From: Bacilli bacterium
GTDB taxonomy: Bacteria > Bacillota_I > Bacilli_A > ML615J-28 > CAG-698
Length of the DNA: 64,000 bases
Assembly (NCBI GenBank): GCA_050953065.1
Contig: JBMNLZ010000002.1
Location: 256,001-320,000, forward strand
Reading direction: 5' to 3'
Positions 49,375-58,410 of the stretch are shown here, piece by piece (the first letter of the stretch is position 1; each line of letters starts with the position of its first letter). The notes under the pieces were generated by a model. That model ran no database searches. It was not told the DNA's origin and saw only the letters and a program-made list of their open reading frames with translations. The position numbers were made by a program, and so were the translations under genes.

Positions 49375-51639
49375 ATGGAAGAAAAGATAGTTGGTGAAAT
49401 AAAAAGAATAAAACATTATAAAAAAGAAACAGGTTTTGGAGCGGTTGAGATTAAAATTGATTTTGAAAAAGAATCTTCAAAAGTTCTAAAAAACATGCTT
49501 TTTTCAAATACACTAACTGTCGTTGGTGTCTTTTCAAGAGAACCACGTCCTTATGAAGAATATGTTTTCTATGGTAATTTTGAAACTAACCAATATGGTT
49601 ATCAATTCAAAATGAAGAGTTATGAGATTAATAATGAAGCAACTGAGGAGTATATTTTAGCGTATTTATCAAGTGATTTTTTCCCTGGAGTTGGGAAAAA
49701 AACAGCTTCTAAAATCTATGATGAATTAGGGAAGGATTGTATTGGATTAATTATTAAGGATAAAAAAGTATTAGACAATATTAAAGGAGTTACTCCAAAA
49801 CAAAAAAAGACAATTTATGAAACTTTAATTTCAAATGATTTATACCAAAAAGCTATTTTAGAATTAATTAGTTTTGGGTTAAGCGTTACTTGGAGTAAAC
49901 GCTTATATGATACTTTAGGAGAAAATGCAGCGAAGACGATTAGAAAAAATCCTTATTTATTAATTGATTTAGTTGATGGGATTGGTTTTAAAAGAGCTGA
50001 TGAAATAGCTTTAAAAAATAAAATTGAAAAGAATAGTCCTTTAAGAATTAAAGCTTTTATGTTATATCTAATTAATAATTCAATTAGAAATAAAGGTGAT
50101 ACTTATTTAGATAAAATAGCTTTAGATGAATATGTCTTAGCTGAAATTAATAAAGGTGAAGAAGTTGAAGTTATTACAGAATCTGATTTACATAGATTCT
50201 ATGATGAATTAGAAAATGAAGATAAAATTAGATTTTATCGTTCTAGAGTTTATGAAATGAATTTATATAATGCTGAATATAAAATCGCTGATAAAGTATT
50301 TCATTTATTAAACGAGAAATTAGAGATCAAAAAAGAAGATATCGTTATTGCTTTAGAAAAAGTTAAAGGCGATATTAAAATTGAGTACAACTTTGAACAA
50401 AACAAAGCAATCATTAATGCTTTAAGTGAAAAGTTAACGATTATTACAGGAGGTCCTGGGACTGGTAAGTCAACTATCATTCAAGGAATTATTAAAACAT
50501 ATTTAGAATTAAATAAACTAGATAAAGATGCTTTAGATAAAATTGCTTTACTAGCACCAACTGGTAGAGCAGCTCAAAGACTAAAAGAAGTAACCTCTTT
50601 TAATGCCTCAACTATTCACCGCTTTTTAGGTTATGAAGGCGGGAATAGATTCCGCTATAATATGGATAATCCAGTTTATGCTGATTTAGTTATAGTTGAT
50701 GAGTTTTCTATGGTTGATACACTCTTAGCAGAAAAGTTGTTTGAATGTATTAGTCCAAATGCTTGTTTTGTTTTAGTGGGTGATGTTGATCAATTACCAT
50801 CAGTAGGTCCTGGTCAAGTCTTATCTGATTTTATTGTTTCAAGTGAAATAACAACCACTCAATTAAAAGAAATACATCGTCAAGCAAGTGATTCTAGTAT
50901 TATTAGTTTAGCTCATAGTATTAATCAAGGTTATCTACCAGAAGGAATTTTAAATGCAAAAGAAGATAGTGCTTTTTTTCAAATAGAAGAAGCTTCTATT
51001 ATTGATAATGTTATAAACATTATCGAAAAAGCAATTGAAAAAGATTATAACTTAATTAATAATATACAAGTTTTAGTTCCTTTTTATAAAGGAGAATTAG
51101 GGATTAATTCTTTCAATGAAAAACTTCAAGAAAGATTTAATCCATTAATTGAAAAACAAGAAATAAAACATTATTCAAGAAAGTTTAGAGTTAATGATAA
51201 AGTCATTCAACTGGCGAATAGAACTGAAAAAAAAGTAATGAATGGTGATATTGGTTTTGTTTATAGATTAATAGAAGATGAGAATGGTTTTAAAGGTTTA
51301 GAAGTAAATTTTGATAACAATATTGTTAGTTATAATTTAGATGAATTAGAAGATATTACACATGCTTATGCAATTTCAATTCATAAAGCTCAAGGTAGTG
51401 AATTTGATTTAGTTATTATTCCTTTTACCTTTAAATACTATAATATGCTTAAAAGAAAATTAATTTATACAGCAGTTACTAGAGCTAAAAAATCTTTAGT
51501 TATGATTGGTGATATCAGAGCTTTTAGTAAAGGAATAAAAGAAAAAGAAGAAACAAGAAAAACAGCTTTACTTGAAAGAATTAAAGAAATGTTTGAAAAA
51601 AGAGTTGAAAAAGAAAAATCCCCTTGGGATTTCTTATAA
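49375..51639 (+). CDS. recD2: RecD2-type helicase
   Basis: GIGFKRAD, GGPGTGKS, APTGRAA, DEFSM, HKAQGSE, YTAVTRAK. Confidence 0.96.
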   Translation: MEEKIVGEIKRIKHYKKETGFGAVEIKIDFEKESSKVLKNMLFSNTLTVVGVFSREPRPYEEYVFYGNFETNQYGYQFKMKSYEINNEATEEYILAYLSSDFFPGVGKKTASKIYDELGKDCIGLIIKDKKVLDNIKGVTPKQKKTIYETLISNDLYQKAILELISFGLSVTWSKRLYDTLGENAAKTIRKNPYLLIDLVDGIGFKRADEIALKNKIEKNSPLRIKAFMLYLINNSIRNKGDTYLDKIALDEYVLAEINKGEEVEVITESDLHRFYDELENEDKIRFYRSRVYEMNLYNAEYKIADKVFHLLNEKLEIKKEDIVIALEKVKGDIKIEYNFEQNKAIINALSEKLTIITGGPGTGKSTIIQGIIKTYLELNKLDKDALDKIALLAPTGRAAQRLKEVTSFNASTIHRFLGYEGGNRFRYNMDNPVYADLVIVDEFSMVDTLLAEKLFECISPNACFVLVGDVDQLPSVGPGQVLSDFIVSSEITTTQLKEIHRQASDSSIISLAHSINQGYLPEGILNAKEDSAFFQIEEASIIDNVINIIEKAIEKDYNLINNIQVLVPFYKGELGINSFNEKLQERFNPLIEKQEIKHYSRKFRVNDKVIQLANRTEKKVMNGDIGFVYRLIEDENGFKGLEVNFDNNIVSYNLDELEDITHAYAISIHKAQGSEFDLVIIPFTFKYYNMLKRKLIYTAVTRAKKSLVMIGDIRAFSKGIKEKEETRKTALLERIKEMFEKRVEKEKSPWDFL

Positions 51640-51659
51640 AAGATAAGGAGAGAAAAATC

Positions 51660-52424
51660 TTGAAAAGAACATATAAATTTTTAATGTTAGTTTTATTTAG
51701 CATAATATGTTTATTAATTTTTACTGGTTGTTATGGGGTAAAGAAAAGTAAAATTGTAATTCTAGAGGATGCTGAAAATATTACTCAAACAGTTGCTTTT
51801 AGAAGTTATTCTGGTCCATATGTTGCTGTCATCTTTAAAGCAAAATATAGAGGTGCAGATAAAATGTTTTTTAATAGTTGGTTTGATGATGAAGATTTAT
51901 GGACGCGAGCGATAAAAAGAATTGAAGTAGAAGATATAAATAATATTGTTTTTTCAAATAAAAAAATTAAAGATGATGCATATAATAAAAAATATACTGA
52001 CGGTATGTATTCTAAAAATTTAGTATGTTTTAGTAAGAATGAATCTTATTATGGAATTAATATAACTTCTGTGGGTTGGGGGACACAATTTAGTAATGAA
52101 TTTGAAATAGATGAAACTGATTTAACTGACCTTTATATAGATATGCAAGAAAACATGGATATTGTAAATCCAGATTATGAAGTTCTTAATTACGGTACTT
52201 TTAAGATAGAGTGGCATCCTTCAGAAGATTATGACTATTTCTATTTTGTAAATAGTCGTGAGGTTTATATATATGATGGTGAAACTAAAGAATTAATTAA
52301 AACCATTGAAACTGATACAGATATTTATGGAGCAGTTTATGCAAACTATAGAGAGAAATTTTGTGTAGCTGTGAAGGATGGAAACCAGTTTAGGATTATA
52401 AAATATGATATTATAGAAAAATGA
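51660..52424 (+). CDS. Hypothetical lipoprotein
   Basis: TTG start after AAGGAG; lipobox FTGC. Confidence 0.75.
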   Translation: MKRTYKFLMLVLFSIICLLIFTGCYGVKKSKIVILEDAENITQTVAFRSYSGPYVAVIFKAKYRGADKMFFNSWFDDEDLWTRAIKRIEVEDINNIVFSNKKIKDDAYNKKYTDGMYSKNLVCFSKNESYYGINITSVGWGTQFSNEFEIDETDLTDLYIDMQENMDIVNPDYEVLNYGTFKIEWHPSEDYDYFYFVNSREVYIYDGETKELIKTIETDTDIYGAVYANYREKFCVAVKDGNQFRIIKYDIIEK

Positions 52425-52441
52425 ATTGAAAAAGAGAGGGA

Positions 52442-52552
52442 AGAAAAATTATTTATTTAACTTTTATTGTTTTATTTTTTATATGTTTAGTTGGTTGTAA
52501 AAAAGAAGTAGCTGATATTTGGCCAGTAATTTGGGGCTATACTGGAGAATAA
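52442..52552 (+). pseudogene. Collapsed BspA-lipoprotein remnant (signal peptide fused to the family C-terminus)
   Basis: Reads RKIIYLTFIVLFFICLVGCKKEVADIWPVIWGYTGE*; no ATG/GTG/TTG start in frame. Confidence 0.75.
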
Positions 52553-52613
52553 TTAATAACTTGTATAAAATGTTTAAATATGCTAGAATAAGATATATTT
52601 TAAGGGTGAAAGT

Positions 52614-54785
52614 ATGGAAAAATTAGATCAAGAGATTTTAGAATTATACCTAAAACATGAAACAATTAATTTCTTTCCAAAGACTAGTCTAACTGTTAGA
52701 TATTTAGACCAAATCAAAGAATTAAATGATTATTATAATTTACTATCAGATGATGATAAAGAGAGTGTTAATAATTATAATATTCTTGAAAAGTTAATGG
52801 AATTAAGAGAAAAAATTTTAGGTGAATATAATCTATTTGAAAGTAAAGAAGCTGCGCTTCAATTTGATCAAAAAATTTTAGAATGTAGAGATGCTAAAAG
52901 CACTAATCATAGCTGGTTTTATCGTGTTAGAAAACTAGAAGCTGATTATGAAAAGCTAGATGATAATGTTAAAAAAATGTGTATCAATAAGTGGATTATT
53001 GATTCAATGCTTAAAGATATTAGAGACTATGAAAAAAGTTTAGCTTTTGATCAATTAAAAAAAGAAGCAGTTATTTTTGATAAAAGAATTTTAGACCTTC
53101 AAAAGAAGAAAAATATGTCCATAGATTGGGTAGAAGATGTTAAAGAAACTTTAGCTGATTTTGAAGTTTTAGCTCAAAACGTCAAAGAATTACTAGAAAA
53201 GAATTCTCTTTTAGTAACTTTAAAACAAGATGCTTTTGATATTGAAGAACATATCAATAAAGAAGAAAGTTTAAAAGTAGCTTCTTTATTTGATGAAAAG
53301 ATTATAAAACTCCAACAAGAGAAAACTTGGACTCTAGACTGGGTAGAAGCAGTTAAAGAATTAGAAGCAGATTATAAATACTTAAAACCTGAAATTAAAA
53401 ATTTACTTAAAAAAGAAGGAGTCTTACTTACTTTAAAACAAGAAGCTATTGAAATAAAAGATTCTTTTAAAATGGAAGATATAAAAGATAAAGCAATAGA
53501 GTTTGATGATTTAATTAAAGCGCTAGCTAGTAATAAAACTCCAACTATTGAATGGGCTAATGAAGTTATTAATTTAGATAAAGAGTTTAGTGCACTTGAT
53601 ACTTTAGAAAAAGATATCATCAGACAAGTAGCAACTCTTGCAACTCTAAAACAAGAAGCTTTAGAAATCATCGAAAAGTTCAAACAAAAAGATTATTACC
53701 AAATGGCTAGTGAATTTGATCATGCAGTTTTAGAATTAGAAAAAACAAGAGCTCTAACTGCTTCATGGTCTAAAGCAGTATTAGATTTAGAAGAAAAATA
53801 TAATAATTTTGAAAATATTGCTAAAAACTTAGTTAGAGAATATGGTGTTTTAATTAATCTAAAACAAGAAGCTCTTTCAATTAAAAGCAGAATTAAATTC
53901 GGTGAAAAAAATGAAATTGCGATGAAGTTTGATGAAAAAATTATGGACACATTAAAAAGAAAAACTTCTTCAGAAGAATGGATTAAAGAAGTTGATGATT
54001 TAGAAAAAGAATATCATGCTTTAGAAGAAAGTATAAAAGAGTTAGTTTCAAAAGCTTTAGTTTTATCGGATTTAAAAACTCAAGCACGTGAGGTTAAAAG
54101 ACTTTTAGAGTTTTATAAAACAAAAGCTATTGCGATTACTTTTGACCAAAAATTACTTAAATGTAAAGAACGTAAAAATCATTCACTTGAATGGTATGAA
54201 GAAGTAATGGAATTAGAAAAAGAATATAAAGCTTTAAGTCCAATTACAAAAGAAGTCTTAGATAATAAAGGTATGATTGAAACTTTAAAACATGATGCTT
54301 TTGAAATTAGAAAAGAAATTTATGATAGTAACTATAAACAAATCGCAACTGAAATTGATAAAAAAATAGCTGCATGTGAAGCAAGCCATGAAAAAACTCT
54401 AGACTGGACTGAAGAAGTTTTAGAACTTAAAAAAATGTTTGATAACTTGAGTCCAGAAATTAAAGCTTTTTCTTTAAAAGCTAAACTACTTGATTTATTA
54501 GTTGTTGAAACAGGTCATATTAAAAGAGCAATTGAAATAGAAAATCTAAAAGCTAGAGCTAAAACATTAGATGATCAAATAATTTCTTTATGTAATAAAG
54601 TTTCAAAAGAAGAACCACAATATAAACAAATGTTACAACTTCAAAATGTAATTGAGAATACAGAAAAAGAAGTATTAGAATATGTTGGTAATAAAAAAAC
54701 ATTTGAAACTACTTTAAATAAAAGTTTTAAATATAATCGTAGAAAAGAAAAGTTAGAAGCTAAACTTGCTAAGAAAAATAAATAA
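52614..54785 (+). CDS. Uncharacterised alpha-helical protein with about 10 tandem 71-aa repeats
   Basis: Recurring FD.KI...W...V..LE..Y..L....K.L.....L..LK..A with 71-aa period; no signal or TM. Confidence 0.85.
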   Translation: MEKLDQEILELYLKHETINFFPKTSLTVRYLDQIKELNDYYNLLSDDDKESVNNYNILEKLMELREKILGEYNLFESKEAALQFDQKILECRDAKSTNHSWFYRVRKLEADYEKLDDNVKKMCINKWIIDSMLKDIRDYEKSLAFDQLKKEAVIFDKRILDLQKKKNMSIDWVEDVKETLADFEVLAQNVKELLEKNSLLVTLKQDAFDIEEHINKEESLKVASLFDEKIIKLQQEKTWTLDWVEAVKELEADYKYLKPEIKNLLKKEGVLLTLKQEAIEIKDSFKMEDIKDKAIEFDDLIKALASNKTPTIEWANEVINLDKEFSALDTLEKDIIRQVATLATLKQEALEIIEKFKQKDYYQMASEFDHAVLELEKTRALTASWSKAVLDLEEKYNNFENIAKNLVREYGVLINLKQEALSIKSRIKFGEKNEIAMKFDEKIMDTLKRKTSSEEWIKEVDDLEKEYHALEESIKELVSKALVLSDLKTQAREVKRLLEFYKTKAIAITFDQKLLKCKERKNHSLEWYEEVMELEKEYKALSPITKEVLDNKGMIETLKHDAFEIRKEIYDSNYKQIATEIDKKIAACEASHEKTLDWTEEVLELKKMFDNLSPEIKAFSLKAKLLDLLVVETGHIKRAIEIENLKARAKTLDDQIISLCNKVSKEEPQYKQMLQLQNVIENTEKEVLEYVGNKKTFETTLNKSFKYNRRKEKLEAKLAKKNK

Positions 54786-54810
54786 GATTAAATATTTTTA
54801 TATATTCAAA

Positions 54811-54866
54811 AAAACTCTAATATCTATATTCATTATCCTTTGTATGATATTAGAGTTTTCTTATTT
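54811..54866 (+). terminator. Probable terminator
   Basis: AAAACTCTAATATC/GATATTAGAGTTTT inverted repeat. Confidence 0.65.
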
Positions 54867-54914
54867 TATGAATAAGTTTAGAAATTTTCTAAAAACAATT
54901 TTTGAATAAGTTAG

Positions 54915-55069
54915 TGGTACTATACAAATAGTGATACTTCAGTTTTAACGATAAATGAATTTGGGGTAATTTGTGGTGTAGCGTTGGAGTGGCGACTATA
55001 ATTGGTACTTATAAGTATAATAATTTCCAAGGGGAAATTACAATGGAAGTAACAGTATTAGAATCTTAA
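54915..55069 (+). pseudogene. Frameshifted remnant of a C-terminal Big_2 Ig domain
   Basis: WYYTNSDTSVLTINEFGVICGV / SVGVATIIGTYKYNNFQGEITMEVTVLES* resembles the end of 36845-37216. Confidence 0.6.
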
Positions 55070-55144
55070 TTACACATTAACCTCAATTAAGTTAATAAAG
55101 AAAATTAGTTATTGGCATGTTATAATTATAGGGGGGGAAGAATT

Positions 55145-56701
55145 ATGAAAAGATTATTATTTATCATATGTATTTTATTTATGCTAGTAGGTTGTGAAAA
55201 AAAAGCAATAGCGTTGCCGTATTCATTACATAAATTAAAAGAAGATGGAACATATGAAATTATGGGACCTTTAAATGAGAGCTTGTATGAAACGATGTTT
55301 AATCGTATGTCATGGTATTTTTTTGAAAGCCCTGATAAAAAACCAATTACAAGTATAGCACCTTATGCTTTTAAATATGGTGAAGAATTGATATATAACC
55401 ACAAGTATAGATCTAATGAATTGGTAATCCCTGAGGGTATAACAGAAATTAAAGATGGAGCTTTTGAGGGGTGTTCTTTTTTGGGATTGATTATAATACC
55501 TGAAAGTGTAACTACTATGGGAGATGATGTATTTAAGGGTTGTGGTGAAGCAATAATATATGTTGAGGCAGAAAGTAAACCAGTTGGGTGGAGCGAATCA
55601 TGGAATCCTGATAATAATTTAGTAATATGGGGAAATCCTAATGATGAAAAAGAAATGTTTCATTATGGTATAACAAGTAATGATGAAGTTGCTATATTAA
55701 AATTAAATAAAAAATTTTACACATCAACTATTAACATACCAGAAGAAATAAATGGAAAAAAAGTTACTATTTTATTTGGAGATGTTTTTAAGGATAATAA
55801 GCGTAAAAAAAATATTAGTAAAATAATAATACCTAGTTCGATTACATTTTTTGGTGCTAAAGCTTTTAATGAAATGTCTAATTTATATGAAGTAGAATTT
55901 ACTGGTGAAAGTAATCTTATATCAATTGGTGAAAAAGCTTTTTATGACTGTAAGAAATTAGAAAAAATTCTAATTCCAGGAAGTGTTGAATATATTGGCC
56001 AATATGCTTTTACAGGTTGTGCATTTAGAAACATTAAGATACCAGAGGGAGTAAAAGTTATTGATAGTGTAGCTTTTTCGGAGTGTGCTAGTGCAACAAG
56101 TGTAGAAATATCTAGTACTGTTATAGATATTGCGGGTGGAAATGTCTTTAATAACTGTTATCAATTAAATACTATAGAAGTAGCAAGTGCTAATCCTATT
56201 TATAGAAGTGAATCGAATTGTTTAATTGAAACAAGTGCTAATACCCTAATTAGAGGTTGTAATACTAGTATAATTCCTGATGGTATAACTACTATAGGTT
56301 CGTGTGCATTCAAAGGCTGTAAAAACCTAGTTACAATTACAATTCCTTCTAGTGTTACTAAGATAGATAGTGGTGCATTTGGTTATTGTTATGATTTAGT
56401 AAGTATAACAATTCCAGAATCAGTTATTAGTATAGAGAATGGTGCATTTTCTTTTTGTAAAGAATTAAATGAAGTGATTATCTCTTCTGGTGTTGAAAAG
56501 ATTGGAGACCGTGCATTTATGGTGTGTTCTGATTTAGTAAGTATAATAATTCCTTCTAGTGTTGAAAAGATAGGTGAGAGGGCTTTTTCTTCTTGTAAAA
56601 AAATTAAGATTTATTGCGAAACTGATAGCAAACCAGAAGGATGGCACAGAAATTGGAATTTTGAAAATAGACCAGTTGTTTGGGGGTATACTGGAGAATA
56701 G
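55145..56701 (+). CDS. BspA-type LRR lipoprotein 1 (two modules)
   Basis: Lipobox LVGC; TpLRR repeats IP.SV..IG..AF..C; KP.GW...WN motif twice; ends WGYTGE. Confidence 0.92.
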   Translation: MKRLLFIICILFMLVGCEKKAIALPYSLHKLKEDGTYEIMGPLNESLYETMFNRMSWYFFESPDKKPITSIAPYAFKYGEELIYNHKYRSNELVIPEGITEIKDGAFEGCSFLGLIIIPESVTTMGDDVFKGCGEAIIYVEAESKPVGWSESWNPDNNLVIWGNPNDEKEMFHYGITSNDEVAILKLNKKFYTSTINIPEEINGKKVTILFGDVFKDNKRKKNISKIIIPSSITFFGAKAFNEMSNLYEVEFTGESNLISIGEKAFYDCKKLEKILIPGSVEYIGQYAFTGCAFRNIKIPEGVKVIDSVAFSECASATSVEISSTVIDIAGGNVFNNCYQLNTIEVASANPIYRSESNCLIETSANTLIRGCNTSIIPDGITTIGSCAFKGCKNLVTITIPSSVTKIDSGAFGYCYDLVSITIPESVISIENGAFSFCKELNEVIISSGVEKIGDRAFMVCSDLVSIIIPSSVEKIGERAFSSCKKIKIYCETDSKPEGWHRNWNFENRPVVWGYTGE

Positions 56702-56932
56702 GTTGACTTAGCTTACTTAAAGAAAGGAAAGATAAAAATGAAAAAGATAGGTATTGTATTATTAATAGTAATGTTTATGTTTTTATATGGCTGTAAGCCA
56801 AAAGAAAAACTTACAATTTCTTTTGAAACTAATGGTGGAAGTTCTATAGAAGATGTTGTGATAGATTCTACACTTGATTTTGTTTTGCCGGATGATCCAG
56901 TTAAAGAGGGATATACTTTTGCTGGGTGGTAT
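56652..56932. repeat. Near-identical repeat (gene end + intergenic + first 65 codons); partner 58131-58410
   Basis: Direct comparison; 62/65 identical N-terminal residues. Confidence 0.93.
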
Positions 56933-58180
56933 TTAGATGAAGCATTTGATGTAGAATATTCAACATCTTTATTAAATAATAATATAACTTTATATGCTAA
57001 ATGGATAGAAGATGAAATTGTTTATGACCTAGCTATCTTTTTTGAAAGCAATGGTGGAAATGAAATTGAACCAGTAATAAAAAGTGCAGGAGAAATTATC
57101 ACTGAACCTACTCATCCAGTTAAAGAAGGTTATGAATTTGCTGGTTGGTATAGTGATGTTGATTTAACTTATGTATATCACTTCAATACCATGCCAGAAG
57201 AAAGTATTACTCTTTATGCTGATTGGGGTACTTTAGGATTAGAGTATGAACTAATTAATGATGAAACTGAATATAGTGTCAATAAAGGTAATGCTTCAGA
57301 GTTAATTGAAATTCAAATTCCAAATATTAAAGATGGTAAGAAAGTCACACAAATTAAAAATCAAGGATTTTTAAATTGTATGAACTTAACAAAAATTATT
57401 ATTCCAAAAACAATAGTATTAATTCCTGAGGCTTCTTTTAAGGGCTGTGGTAATCTTGTTGAAATGATTTTACCATTTACTGGAAATAATAGAGAGGCGA
57501 CTGGTTATCAAGGCTTATTTGGATATATTTTTGGAAGTGAGGAGTTTAATGGTAGTAAAAAGGTAATGCAATATTTTATGGAGTTGACAAGTAATGATGA
57601 TAATAATAATAATAGTATTAGATTATCTATTAAACCATTACTGTCTTTTGAACCACCAACAATGAATTGTTTCTATATATCGAAGTGCTTAAATAAGATA
57701 GTAATAACAGATGAAGATATAATTAAGGCGGGAGCTTTTTCTGGGTTAATTAATTTAGATAGTTTAGTACTTAATGAAGGTATTACAAAAATTTCAAAAA
57801 ATGCTTTTTCTGGTTGTGGTGTAAAAGGAATTGAAATTCCTAAAAGTGTAATTGAAATAGATAGTTTAGGACTTTCTGGAGCTGAAGTAATATTTAAAGA
57901 AGGTATAAATTTAAAGACTATAAAGAGTTTGAGTTTTTATTCTTATGCTGGCAATGAATTAACAATTCCAAATAGTGTTATAAAAATTGAAGAAACTGCC
58001 TTTTATGGATCTAGTTTGAAGAGTGTATATATCCCTAATTCTGTTGAAGAAATAGAAAAGTGGGTATTTGCACATTGCAATTTAACAATTTATGTTGAAG
58101 CAATTAATAAGCCGGAAGGATGGGATGAAGATTGGAATTTAGAAAACAGACCAGTTGTTTGGGGCTATACTGGAGAATAG
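56738..58180 (+). CDS. BspA-type LRR lipoprotein 2 with two InlB B-repeats
   Basis: Lipobox LYGC; two FE.NGG...GY.FAGWY...LYA.W repeats; LRRs; ends WGYTGE. Confidence 0.92.
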   Translation: MKKIGIVLLIVMFMFLYGCKPKEKLTISFETNGGSSIEDVVIDSTLDFVLPDDPVKEGYTFAGWYLDEAFDVEYSTSLLNNNITLYAKWIEDEIVYDLAIFFESNGGNEIEPVIKSAGEIITEPTHPVKEGYEFAGWYSDVDLTYVYHFNTMPEESITLYADWGTLGLEYELINDETEYSVNKGNASELIEIQIPNIKDGKKVTQIKNQGFLNCMNLTKIIIPKTIVLIPEASFKGCGNLVEMILPFTGNNREATGYQGLFGYIFGSEEFNGSKKVMQYFMELTSNDDNNNNSIRLSIKPLLSFEPPTMNCFYISKCLNKIVITDEDIIKAGAFSGLINLDSLVLNEGITKISKNAFSGCGVKGIEIPKSVIEIDSLGLSGAEVIFKEGINLKTIKSLSFYSYAGNELTIPNSVIKIEETAFYGSSLKSVYIPNSVEEIEKWVFAHCNLTIYVEAINKPEGWDEDWNLENRPVVWGYTGE

Positions 58181-58410
58181 GTTGACTTAATTACTTAAAT
58201 AAAGGAAAGATAAAAATGAAAAAGATAGGTATTGTATTATTAATAGTAATGTTTATGTTTTTATATGGCTGTAAGCCAAAAGAAAAACTTACAATTTCTT
58301 TTGAAACTAATGGTGGAAGTTCTATAGAAGATGCTGTAATAGATTCTGCACTTGATTTTGTTTTGCCGGATGAGCCTGTTAAAGAGGGATATACTTTTGC
58401 TGGATGGTAT
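58131..58410. repeat. Second copy of 56652-56932
   Basis: Direct comparison. Confidence 0.93.

Noticed and set aside
52421-52430. ATG AAT TGA in frame with the BspA remnant, suggesting TGA=Trp (code 4)
   Set aside because: TGA terminates oppF and uvrB normally and Trp is TGG throughout, so code 11 applies
57595-57615. (AAT)n tract in BspA gene 2 as a phase-variation switch
   Set aside because: A short trinucleotide repeat cannot shift frame; common in AT-rich DNA
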